A DNA stretch of 64,000 bases from NCBI RefSeq assembly GCF_006345805.1, contig NC_043000.1:130386001-130450000 (forward strand), in the 5' to 3' direction. Every line of letters begins with the position of its first letter. The first letter of the stretch is position 1. Origin of the DNA: Octopus sinensis. Lineage: Eukaryota. Below the pieces are notes generated by a model that was not told the DNA's origin, ran no database searches, and saw only the letters and a program-made list of their open reading frames with translations. Made by a program: the position numbers and the translations under genes. Below are positions 41,433 to 54,026 of this stretch, piece after piece.

Positions 41433-41822
41433 CTAGCAGTATCACCCGATATTGCTTGGGTTTGTTTCGACCCTCCTTTAGAAATGGAATTTTTGAAAAG
41501 TAAAATTTTGCATTATGCAACTTGTTATTCTCTTCAAGTGAACATTTTTCCAGTTGAAATACACCAAAAATGGCGACACAGCAGTCAAAAATCGTAAAAA
41601 ATAGGGATTTTCATAGAAAAAAAGCACCTTTTTGATGTAAATAGTTTTTGGTGTTAACATGGTTCGATTTGAATTTTATCTGCTACAGAATGAAGAGCAA
41701 GCCTTCTTCTATCATACTCTCAATTTAGGTCAACTTGCGCTGCAGGGTCTCGAAGGAGATAGTGTTAGTTGAAGGCTACCAAACCTGCCACGTACAGACA
41801 ACTTCAGCTTTATATATATAGA
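41433..41822 (-). mobile_element. Non-autonomous Helitron (390 bp)
   Basis: The minus strand starts A|TCTATATATATAAAGCTGAAG and ends with a degenerate hairpin (CCCAAGCAATATCGGG) then CTAG|T, the canonical TC...CTAG termini inserted between A and T. Confidence 0.8.
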
Positions 41823-42387
41823 TTTGCTACACACTACTTTCCATCCTTAATAATGAAACTTGGTAGATCCAAAAGTTAAACACACACACACACAAGTTGA
41901 GTTTTATATATATATATTTATTTATATATATATATATATACATACATACATACATACTTACATACATACATACATACATACATACACATACATACATACA
42001 TACATACATACATACATACATACGTATGTATGTATTTATATATTGCCTGTGACACTTTTGTATCATCGGCTTATCATTCTGGTTCCTGAGTGACCATGGG
42101 AACAGCTATAAGCAGTGATGTCCCCAAGACAGTTGGTTAAGGGACACCACTCATAATTTGTGCTTCCTTAGAGAAAGTACCATTGGCTGCAGCTGTCAGA
42201 CTTCTATCTTGTAGGTCGTCATATAGCTACTCACAAAGTTTTCGCAGTTTGTGATATTATGTCATGGTCCACACTATTTATACCACAGTGATACATAAAC
42301 ACGTTTATATGTATATGTATATTTATGCACATGCGTCTACATATCTATTCTAACACATATATTTGCACATTCACATATATATTAATA

Positions 42388-42778
42388 CTAGCAGTATCAC
42401 CCGATATTGCTTGGGTTTGTTTCGACCCTCCTTTAGAAATGGAATTTTTGAAAAGTAAAAATTCTGCATTATGCAACTTGTTATTCTCTTCAAGTGAACA
42501 TTTTTCCAGTTGAAATACACCAAAAATGGCGACACAGCAGTCAAAAATCGTAAAAAATAGGGATTTTCATAGAAAAAAAGCACCTTTTTGATGTAAATAG
42601 TTTTTGGTGTTAACATGGTTCGATTTGAATTTTATCTGCTACAGAATGAAGAGCAAGCCTTCTTCTATCATACTCTCAATTTAGGTCAACTTGCGCTGCA
42701 GGGTCTCGAAGGAGATAGTGTTAGTTGAAGGCTACCAAACCTGCCACGTACAGACAACTTCAGCTTTATATATATAGA
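42388..42778 (-). mobile_element. Non-autonomous Helitron (duplicate copy)
   Basis: Same termini as 41433-41822, in the second unit of the tandem duplication. Confidence 0.8.
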
Positions 42779-42874
42779 TTTGCTACACACTACTTTCCAT
42801 CCTTAATAATGAAACTTGGTAGATCCAAAAGTTAAACACACACACACACAAGTTGAGTTTTATATATATAGATT

Positions 42875-43471
42875 TCTCAACGGGGATTTCAGGGGAGAGT
42901 TTCAGGGAGCCGCTGGCGATGTATCGTGATGATCAAAAATCCGGCATGCTAAAGTTTGGTTAAAGTGATTCAAACTGCAGACTCAACGCAAAATGGTGAC
43001 ATTTAATTGAAAGCGTTAAAAATGTTATGAAAACAATTGGTATGTCTTCACAAAGTCTAAACGATTAATACGAAAAAACCATCCAGACTACATCCCGAAA
43101 ATTCATTTCTTTGCCGAATTTCTACAAGTTTACGGCGATTCGTTTTTATATCTTGATTTTTTTTTTCATGCAATTTACGCATGCTTGCACGCGTGGTGAA
43201 CACAGTTCACGTCAACCAGCTCACTGAGTAAAGTTCACTATTCAATGCATGGGATAAGGCCTAAACAAACACATTATCGATTTTTGCACTTGCGAGATGA
43301 ATTTCGGAACAGAAATAGCGCAGTTCAATTTTCATTCGCCTAAACTTGAAGTGACCCATTTTTGGTGGTTCTACGATTTGTTGGCTAGGTGGAGATGTGC
43401 CGGGAAGTTAAACACACAGACACACTCACAGATACACACACAGACACACAAGTTGAGCTTTATATATAGAG
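42875..43471 (-). mobile_element. Probable 3'-truncated Helitron-family element
   Basis: 5' end A|TCTCTATATATAAAGCTCAACTTGTGTG at 43471 resembles the neighbouring Helitron 5' ends. No CTAG end found. Confidence 0.45.
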
Positions 43472-43483
43472 ATATTACTCGGC

Positions 43484-43680
43484 CTGCGAGAAGGCAGCGA
43501 GTTGGAAGAATCGTTACCACGCCGGCCAAAATGCTTAACGTTTGAGTTCATATTCCGCCGCAGTCGATTTTGCTTTTCATCGCTTGAGGGGCCTATAAAA
43601 TAGGTAACAGTTGAGCACTGGGATCAATCTAATCGACTTACCCCTTCCTCTGATATCGCTGGTCTTGTGCTAAAATTTAA
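43484..43680 (+). mobile_element. SINE (family A), diverged
   Basis: AAGGCAGCGAGTTGGAAGAATCGTTACC..GAGTTCATATTCCGCCGCAGTCGATTTTGC. Confidence 0.75.
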
Positions 43681-46113
43681 ACCAATATATCATTCAGTAC
43701 ATAATTTTGAAAATATCAAATCTTACTTGTATTAACAAGATCGCAATTCTTAATAACTTAGCGAGTCCACACCCACGCGTTAGTTGTTGCTGATGATTGT
43801 GGTGATGTGTGTATTTGATGTTGTTTTTGTCATTTTCTTTAATGTTGTTGTCATTCTAATATTGATGTCGTCTTCATTTCTATTCTGCTTCTTTTCTTTC
43901 TTATTCTCCTTTTCTATAGTTTTTTCACTGCAGTGATTAGTTTTAGTATTAACAGTTTTTCAAATATTTATTATAGAAATAGTGATACCGCATTTTTCAT
44001 TATTGCTATTTATTTTTTATGATGAAACATTTTTCAGGATAAATTTATTCCTCTTTTGTTTTATTATATTATCTATAAAAAAACTTCATTACATTATATT
44101 ATGACTTTCGTAAATTATAATATTCTTCCATTTTATTTTATAATCTTGATAAATTACCTCCAAGTGTTATCGCTGTATCTTCCACACTCTCTTCCCCTGT
44201 CTCTCTTTCTCTCTCAAATATGCAAAATAGTACCATTAATTTTTTCTGTATATTTTTTACTCTTCTACCTCTTCCTCTATCTCCTATATGTTTGTTTATC
44301 TTTCTATATATTTTCCACTCGATATTAAGTAATGAAACTGATACCGATTTGACACTAGTTTTATTTTTATCACACACACACACCAAAAAATAATTTGGAA
44401 AGCTAATGTAGAAGACACTTAAGATGATATCATTATTCGTTGTCAATTCTCAAAAAAAAGTTTTCCTATAAAATTTCATCATACCATTCACAAAATATAG
44501 AACGGGACTCAATTCAAATTACATCTAGTATTATATTGCTTTTCCCATGATTATGTTTTAGAATACTCTGTGTATTGTGTCAGTTTATTTTCAGTCGTCT
44601 GTATGTCTTATAATTGCCACTTTTAACAGTTAATATAACAATTTTCGGTTCTAAATTACCATGTTCATATTAATAATAATAATAACTCATACACAATATC
44701 AAAATTTGTCATCATTATAAAGTTATCCTTTCTAATTAACCTAGAAATACTTCTATTTCGTTTATGCTGCTTGCACTAACAAGAAATAAATTACACATTA
44801 GTCTTTATTTTTATTTGACACAATCTTTGCTACCAATGCAGATACTGAAATGAAAACATTGACTCACTCACACATATACATCCATAAAGTTACACGTTCT
44901 TCAATCTTTAAAATCTTATTCTGTACATTTCCTGAGCCAGCACTATTCTTAACAACAAGCACTCATTTGCTTGCTTTTTTCTGTATACTTTGGATTTGAA
45001 AAATGCATTGTATTTGATTTATTATATCTGGTGTCTGATTGCCAATACTTTAAAACATCTAATTGAACGTCACAGTAATTCCACCAGTGTTAGCATGAGA
45101 ATACTAACACAAACTCTCCTTTCTGGATCAGTGAACAAAACCGAGTAATAGCAGAAGATTTGTTCAATGATGACAAATGGTCAAATTAAAAATATTCATA
45201 AACTGAATCATAAAACCTTTCTTCTTGAGCCAATATTAACATATAAGTATCTTCGCTACACATGGTCAAATTATTGATCAATATAATTTTTCTCTTCATA
45301 CATATTTTCCATATAGACAGATTCTATACATTGAGAAGGAAACCAAATCACTTTTTCTGGAAAAAGAAAGCGCATAACAAGTGGTCATGGTTTTGCCTTT
45401 TACAAGCGAAAAATATTTAAAGAGCAGCATTAAATAGGTTGTGAAGATGATTACATTGAAATTATATCGAATTAAGAAGAATTCCAAGATATAAAATGCT
45501 GACAAATGAAGTCTTACAAAACTTTATTCTATAATATAGTATCATTAAACGAATTGCTACGTTCACGAAATAATATACGAGAAAAATGGAAACTGACAGC
45601 TTGTGTTGAGGAAATTCTGTATATAAAGCATAATATGAAATTGCAACATGTGCTGCACGAAAGTAACTTCATCTATGCATTAATAAACATGCATTCCAAC
45701 TTTGAAAGCAAAATAGGATTCTTAGGGGATAAAAAGGATCAATAATGTTATGTAATCCAAGTGTGTGGATTCTATCAAGCAATCCGTAAAACCTATATCG
45801 ACTTTTTCTTCAAAGAATGCATTGAAGACATGCGGAAAATGCAAAGAAGCAGCACGATATTTCAAAGAATTACATTTATCAGAAAAATGCAATATTACTT
45901 CTCTAAGTATTGTGCTATGGGGAGGTTTGGGGAATAGACGAAAACTATCTAACTAGTTACATATAAAAGTGACGCCAGCTTACAAATTATAGAACGAAAA
46001 TAGAAATATTCAGTAATCTATTGCAGCTTTCTCACAAGAACCTTCATGTCATTATTGTGTAGCAAATAAAGTCAGCCTTCTGCAGATAAACTATCGTAGC
46101 TGTGTGTGTGTGA

Positions 46114-46145
<32 letters not shown>

Positions 46146-47987
46146 GTGCTGGCGGGCGTGTGTGTGTGTTTTACTTAATCAGAAGAGTAAAGGCATTCCG
46201 AGGAATGAAATTGTCGTTAGTTTGAAACCTACACGAAATGTTTGCGATTGTGTGTATTCCTTCGCTAAATGCATATAACAGTCAACGGTAAGAGTTACAT
46301 CAAACGATGGATAAATTCTACTCACTCCAAACAAAAATTGTCCTACAGACCACTTCCTGTGAGGTATTTGTCTACCACATATCACAAAAGTTTTTGTCAA
46401 TTTTATCGTATGGTAGCTGTACAAGATAATGATGGATCTAGCATTTCAAGTACACGTCAATGCATGTAGCCACATTGCTCGAACCTCAACTCACAGGCCT
46501 ATGAATGTCCATATTTTTCTACAATTAACTTTTTTGACATCAGTTTCTTAAAATTTCACAAATTAAAGATTACCTGATCTCAAGATATTTTAACCATAAC
46601 TCAAAAGTCTAGTAAAGATATATCCAATGTTCCTGAAGTCTCTAGTATACTTCTAACATGATGTTATTGAATATTTTCTATAGAACATACATTTTGATAT
46701 GTTAATCATCGATCTATTTTTTTCAAAGTAATAATTCACCACAGCACTTTGAAGAAAATGCGTGCACTATATATATTTATTATCTTCTAAACTTGTTAAT
46801 ATCTAGAAAAGATTGCGTAGTAATCACTCTGAAGATTGTATTATATTCCCTATAATACGTAAATTTGATAAATGATCTATTTATTAAAGAAAATTTATGG
46901 TATCAGATGTTCTCAGCTTTTCTTTAAAGTTAGTAAAGAACATGCTAAATTACTAGTTAATGTGAACGAAACCACGAGAGGTCGACGAACCTGCAACAAT
47001 ATATACCCACATCACCTCATACTTTCACATTACCGTTTTAAACATTAAAGATGAATTTGACAACGTAGTCATAAATAGATTTTAGAGAATCGGGCGAGGT
47101 GGTGATGGAAAGAAAGCTTTCATCTAGGCTGGCTCCGCAAGACTTGCCCTGTGGGTTAAGAGTAAGCATGCTATTTAAGCTACAAGTAACTTATTATTTA
47201 CCACCAAATGTAGAGGTTTTCTTTTTAAAACTATTAAGTAGATCTACCGAAGTAATTGGATCAGATTCATTAGCAATTAGGGCGGTGAGAGAGTAATAAA
47301 GATTAAATTATTACCGAGCTAAAACAAAGTACTGTGGAAGGAAAGAAATAATAGACATTTCAATTAATACTATGCAACAAAGTGCTACTCTTCAAGATTA
47401 GTGAAATACACACAAACATATACGTATACATACTTATCTATGCATGCATGTGCACATGTGCACATAAATACCCGAGCATAAATATGCACACGCACGCACA
47501 CATTCAAACTTTAACAAATGTACAACTCCTCTAACCTCATGTAATCGCCTCTGGCATTGAATAATACTGCTTCGGACATTACGGAATCACTATATGCCAA
47601 TGCGGTTAAAAAGCCAACAATATGGCCGAAATCACGTACCTCAGAGACGTATTCTGCATACAATATATATACAGCTACACATATAGTATAAAAATTATTA
47701 GGTTTTATGACTCTTGGATGTTGTTTGTAAACATTAAACATTCCCAGGTGTGTACTGATTACATTTATAATCTCAACTGATCGACGTTATTCCACCTCTT
47801 AAAATGGTAAATATGAGAACCTACCGTATTACTCTATTCATTTGATTAATCAGTTACTTTGAATGCATGTACATATATAACACATATATAACTATCAATC
47901 TATATCCATCTATCTATATACCTATCTGTCTATCTATCTATCTGTCTATCTATTTATCTACCTGTCTATCTATCTCTCTATATATAT

Positions 47988-48020
<33 letters not shown>

Positions 48021-48662
48021 TACCCCGCCCCGATATCTATCTATATAAGATGTATATTGTATAAATATACATATGTGTACGTGTGCGTGTGTACGTACGT
48101 GCGTACGTATGTATGTAAGTATGCATATATGTATTTATATATTATGTATCCATTATCTGGTATGCATTATCTGTGATTAGCAAATTCGTTGTAGCTTTGG
48201 ACAAAATTCCTTGTTGCATTTAATTACGTCCATTCAAATTCTGTGTTCAAGTCTCACACTCTACATATTACTAGAGTTTATAACAGTACTTATTCATGCA
48301 GTTGGGTCGATTTAGTAGTCTTCTGAATCCTACAAACTCCAAACCGCATTATGATAATAAACATTCATAAAACTAGGTGTTCAATGAAAGCTATATCGTT
48401 AGCTAAAATTTGTTGAGGTACAAGTATTTAGTAGATAATTGTTTCAGTCGTAGGAAAAAGATCTGGAATTTGGAGAGAGTTTTGATGATAACATCGACCT
48501 AGTTACTGACTCGATCCAAAAATGAGGAATGGCACGGTTGAATTCGGCGGCTTAAAGACTGACTGGCAGCAAATAATGTAGCACATGCATTTCTGACGCG
48601 CAAACTCTCCGGCTCGCTCGTCGACTGCTAATAAGAAATTAAGAAGAGTTAGGGTAAAGATA

Positions 48663-48979
48663 GTGGAGGCACATGGCCTAGTGGTTAGAGCAGCGGACTC
48701 GCGGTCAAGCGATCGCGGATTCGAATCTCAGACCGGGTGATGTGTGTGTTTATGAGTGAAACACACACATCGCCTAAGCTACACGCGGCTCCAGCAGAAG
48801 GTAATGACGAACTTCTGCTGGCTCTTTCGCCACAACTTTCTCTCACTCTTTCCTCCTGCATCTTGCAGCTCACCTGCGACGGACCGGCGTCCCTTCCAGG
48901 TGGGGAACCTATACGCCAAGGAAACCGGGAAACCGGCCCTTGTGAACCAGGCGTGGCTCGAGAAGGAACAAGCAACAAT
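48663..48979 (+). mobile_element. tRNA-derived SINE with a family B-like head and a different tail
   Basis: A-box TGGCCTAGTGG and B-box GATTCGAATCTC. TSD GGTAAAG(A/C)TA at 48653-48662 and 48980-48989. Confidence 0.85.
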
Positions 48980-50164
48980 GGTAAAGCTAAACATTAGTCG
49001 ATTCCACTCGCCAGTTTTAAATTCCCTACACAGAATCACTAACACAGAAATACACATTTAATTATGTATATTCGTATGATGTCGTCTGAACGACATCATA
49101 TTTAATTGAAGGGAAACTTTATTTTGAGAGCAGCTGTCACAACTAAACGTGCTTTGTAAGGGGTTTATTGCAGCCAGGTATAATTGCAAAACTGAAGTAC
49201 ATGTAACTCGTAAAAATATGTGCTATGATTATTTACACACAAACACGCACTCGTGTTTCATATATATGCACTTAATACTTATACGCACTTAGTATATGTT
49301 CTTCAAATAGTATATGTTCTTCACAATGGTACCTACCATCAGAAAAAGTGAAGTATCCATTATATAAAGTAGTGTTAGATGCACATTATCTGAAGTAAAA
49401 TATGGAATGGTTATGTGTGGAATGCATTTCAGCATAGGTATTTGATCAACAGCTATATGAAAAGCAAAAACGAATAATATACCGACTGAACGAAAAGAAT
49501 AGTAATATCTCATTGAAGGGAGAACACCGATGCTCACAAATACATATATAACAATAGGGAGTCAAAGAAACAAACAGAGCACACAGTTAGCTCCTCGTCT
49601 AGGAAACGGCTCTCGAAACAGACGGTGTGTTAGACCAGGATGTAAACTCACCGCCGTACTGAAATTCAAGTAAACCCAAAGTTGGAGAATATGTATAAAA
49701 CTTAACCCGATACCAGGACCGAGTCTCCATGAGTGAAATCTGTTCGTTACGTTACAGCACAGACATACAAGGGACTGCTGAAAAGTTTCTGGTTTTGGGT
49801 AAAAGAAAATACAGAAGGTTCAGTTAGTTACGCTTGAATCCGGAAGAATGAACGGCAAAATCGACTACGGCGGAATTTGAACTTAGAACGTAAAATCCCA
49901 CAAAATGCCGCAAATCATTTTACCCGGCCTGCTAATGTTTCGGTCAGTTCGCCGTCTTATGACTAGGCAATATCAAAAGAAAATTACTCCCAATGCACTT
50001 CCTTATGTTTTGAAACGACTAGCTGCATTGATTCACTTTAATTCTGCCGCTATGATTCCCCGTGCACAAATTTTTTATACAAGATTACCAAATACCAGTT
50101 CCCCAAAATCTATGTATATATTTTCTTATACATACATACATACATACATACATACATACATACA

Positions 50165-50200
<36 letters not shown>

Positions 50201-50856
50201 TATACATTCATAGACACATTAATCTTACTCTTGTCTGTGAGACAGTAATATATCTTATCAACTCTTAAGTAAATTGCATGAAAAAGATTTCGCCCAACTA
50301 TTTATAAAATAAATAATTCACTTTTTCCTAGTCATGAATATATAACATCATATAACATTATACTCAGGAGCAGTGTGTGTAATAAATTTCGATGAAATCA
50401 GTTTTCTATCAAACCGTACATTCTCGCACAGAATTCCGTAATATTTATGGTCTCTTATTACTAAGCTTCCAAAATTAGTGCTATAACTACAGTATATTTT
50501 TCACACTTCCCGTCAAAGTGATCAGGCTCCAAGACAAAATATTTAAGCAATAATTACTATGTAAAGATTAGTTTTCTGCAAGCATTGACGAAATTGATAG
50601 GCTAAGAGATATATATATAACAACCAAAATCGATATACCTTATAAACATCGCATGCACGTTTTTTATTCACACTGATGGAGCATAGTATATATAAATGTG
50701 AATGTGTGTGTGTGTGTGTTTGTGTGTGTATGTATTTGTAGAAATATATATATATAATGACATATTTATATACTTATATATGTATATATATGAGTGTATC
50801 ATATACATCCTAATATATTTATATATATATATATGCATTTATATATAGAGAGGGTA

Positions 50857-50893
<37 letters not shown>

Positions 50894-51346
50894 AATATAT
50901 GTATATATATATATATATTATATATATTATATATATATATATTATAATATATATATATATATATATATATTAAATATATGTATATATATATATTATATAT
51001 ATATATATATATACAGATCTGAATATATATATATACACGCACACGAATAATAACTTGAAGTGCCTGCATATATATTATGACTTATAACTGTAGATTTGCA
51101 ACTACAGTACCCTGGGCATTTAACTGTCTTGTAAGGTGTCACGGTGTCAATCTTGAAAAATAGTTTCTGGAAAACTGTGCAGAATAGATTGACTTATACG
51201 TTACATGCATTATAAGCGAACAGCGGTCGTCCCCAAAATATGCACATGTAGAAGTTCTAATTTTCCCAAAGTGTGTCTGCTTTACAAAATAAAATACCTC
51301 TTCAATCAGTTAATGACTTCTAAGTAAGTTAGCTAAAATATATGCG

Positions 51347-51378
<32 letters not shown>

Positions 51379-51597
51379 TATATATGCGCGCGCGTGTGTG
51401 TATGTATGGATGTACGGCTTATCATATATCGTTAGCTTTACGTTATAGGCCATATATGCATGTCATTTAAAGTAAAACTTTACATTATGCAACTTGCTGC
51501 AGGTCACTCTAGTTGTGTAAATTTAGATGACAACTGTATTGCCATATCATATATTCATAAATAAATAAATATATATTCCTATTCATGCTTTCATATG

Positions 51598-51629
<32 letters not shown>

Positions 51630-51926
51630 GATACCAGTTCCCCAAAATCTATGTATATATTTTCAACATAGAAACTTTAAGAAAAGTTCAACACAACAAC
51701 ACACCTTCCCCGAAAATACTACCTTACATATCTACATACAACCCCAGAAACAAAGAAGCCTTCACCATCATCACCCAGAATTTACCAATACTTCATAAAA
51801 ACCCAAAATTAAAGGAAATTCTAAACATACACCAAATCATTAAAAGCTACAAACAGCCTAAATCACTTAAAAAGATTCTCACAAAGGCAAAATTGTCTTC
51901 TAAAATTACGGATGCAAAAGTAAAAA

Positions 51927-52346
51927 ATGTGTGGTAGATCGAACTGTGCAACATGTCCTAACCTATTGGAAGGATCAGAATTCTTCTTTAAAGAGGGACA
52001 GAAATTTAAGATCAAATCTAACTTTACTTGTGCCTCTGAAAACATAATTTATGTTATTAAATGCTCGGGCTGCCACCAAGACTACGTGGGTTCCACGGGA
52101 CTATCACTCAGGCGCAGATGCACACTGCATCGACAACAGATTGCATTCCCAGAATATAGAATGATACCTTTTAGTGAGCACATCGAGAAATGCGCAAAGC
52201 AACTACTGCCACAATTTTTAATCTTCCCATTTTACCCATGTGCTTTCGGATCATCAACACAAATGAGACTGAACAAGGAAACATTCTTCATTGAAAAGTA
52301 CAAACCCAGACTCAACCATCCGAACATACTGACACAGAGATATTAA
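51927..52346 (+). CDS. Penelope-type GIY-YIG endonuclease domain (part of a frameshifted RT-EN ORF)
   Basis: CGRSNCATC Cys linker, IIYVIKCSGCHQDYVG (GIY-YIG-like), LRRR..H, KETFFI and PRLN supply the expected Y, Y, R, H, E and N residues. The frame is open for 139 aa. Confidence 0.88.
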   Translation: MCGRSNCATCPNLLEGSEFFFKEGQKFKIKSNFTCASENIIYVIKCSGCHQDYVGSTGLSLRRRCTLHRQQIAFPEYRMIPFSEHIEKCAKQLLPQFLIFPFYPCAFGSSTQMRLNKETFFIEKYKPRLNHPNILTQRY

Positions 52347-52482
52347 CAAGGAAATGGGAAAAAAAATTTTTTAAGCGATTATCTCCCCTACACCGGAAAA
52401 AATCACTCACTACCTCCCCTTATTTAGAAATCTCCTGGAAATAAAAACAACGATAATTCCATACAATATAACATAACGTCAC

Positions 52483-52520
52483 AGAAATTTGAAAAGCTAC
52501 ACGCGAAACCGGTAATTTCT
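52483..52520 (+). ncRNA. Minimal type I hammerhead ribozyme, U3-A8 variant
   Basis: AGAAAT-TTGAAAA-GC(TACAC)GC-GAAACCGGT-A-ATTTCT. Perfect 6-bp stem I, 2-bp stem II, palindromic ACCGGU stem III, GUA cleavage triplet (after 52514). Confidence 0.78.
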
Positions 52521-52658
52521 TTAAAAATTTTAAATTATGTCATTTTAAGGAAGGAAAAAAATTTTTCCAATATTCTCCAGACATTTTGACACAAATATAT
52601 ATATTTTTTAACATTTAAGCCTTCTGTCGTTTTTTCACACTTTACTATTTTCTTATAT

Positions 52659-52701
<43 letters not shown>

Positions 52702-52702
52702 A

Positions 52703-53790
52703 GTTTTTTGTCAGTTTCAGCTCAGAACTGTGGCCATGCTGCTGCACCACCGTTTTGTTGCGCTGTTATTATTGAGAGCCTCCTGTAATATGTGGCATTT
52801 GGGAGTTTGATGTCGCTACCCTCTTTTACATCTCCTGCCGTGAGGTAGGTACATCTGGGGTTCTCGACAGAAAGAGATCCGGTTTTGATCTGAAAACACC
52901 TACATCCACTTTCTGTAGGTCCCCCAGATACTTTGGGAGATTATAAAAAAGCTGTTGGCCCCTGAAACCCAGGCTGTTCAGTAACTGGTTCTGGAGCATG
53001 ATGGCATTGCTGGGATCTTTGGCACTGTACAGTGGTAACCCGCTCTGGCGTTTGTGTATCTTTCAATGCCAAAATTTGGTGAATCCCTTCCCGGATCTTC
53101 TAGACGTATATTACTGCATATCTCTCCCGCCTTCGCTCCAGGGAGTAAAGTCTTAGCTCTTTCAGCCTATCCCAGCAGCTGAACTGTGGCAATGGGACAA
53201 TCTTCTTCGTGAAGCTTCGCTGGATTGCTTCAAGATCCGCTGTTAATGGATTGCTTCAAGACCCTCCTGGGAGCAATAATCCAGGCGGCTGAGGACGAAT
53301 GTCCTCTAGAGGACCATCATGGTTTCCTTCTCTCGGGTTCTGAACGATCTCAGGATCCAGCCAACCAGTCGTCTGCACTTTGTCGCTATCCTGGTAATCT
53401 GCACTGCACTTGGAAAGAGCTAGATATCCACGTCCCGCATTGATTTAGGCTCTTGGATTGTAATCCCCCGTGGGCCAGTGTACTCTGTAAGTTTTATATT
53501 CAGTTTTGAACGCTGGTAGCGCAGGGCTTGGAATTTTTCAGCATTAAACTGCATATTATTATCCAAAGCGCATCCGTAAACTGAGGTGTGCAACATCGCT
53601 GGAGTTCTGTATTTTCTGCGAGACTTTCGTATCGTCTGCATAGCTTACAAGGGTGGTTACCGGGAAGCTGAGGGCATATATGAGAGGGCCACTATGAAAA
53701 GCAGCGATCCCAAGACAGTGCCCTGTGAAACACTACTTACTATCTGTGTTTTCTTTGAAATGGCTCCATTGGCCACTACTGCCTGACCTC
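52703..53790 (-). mobile_element. 5'-truncated CR1-type LINE (RT C-terminal half plus 3' end), decayed
   Basis: VSQGTVLGSLLFI, SYADDTKV, NNMQFNAEKFQALRY and DRLKELRLYSLERRRERYAVIYV* appear in shifting frames. 3' end GGTGGTGCAGCAGCATGGCCACAG..CTGAAAC. Confidence 0.9.
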
Positions 53791-53995
53791 TGTATTTCAG
53801 AAAGTCATGTAACTACTGATACATGGTAATACAAATAAATTTAAGTTTACAGTATATTTCTTTACATTTTCTTTTATTAACTTTAAATATATATACATGT
53901 ATATATAATAACAATATAATAAATAAATAAATAAAATATATGCATATATACATACATATATGTACATACTTACATCTACATGTATATATACAAGC

Positions 53996-54026
<31 letters not shown>

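Larger units (their letters stand above)
40900..42872. repeat. ~955-bp near-identical tandem duplication
   Basis: 41091 aligns to 42045 (offset 954) and 41821 aligns to 42777 (offset 956). The differences I saw are two 1-bp homopolymer indels, one substitution and microsatellite length. Confidence 0.95.
51668..52655 (+). mobile_element. 5'-truncated Penelope-like element: RT thumb/linker, GIY-YIG endonuclease, pLTR with hammerhead
   Basis: Open frame from 51662 reads IETLRKV..ILPYISTYNPRN..NLPIL..IIKSYKQPKSLKKILTKAKL, then a +1 frameshift near 51926 leads into the endonuclease. The element ends in (TA)n. Confidence 0.9.
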
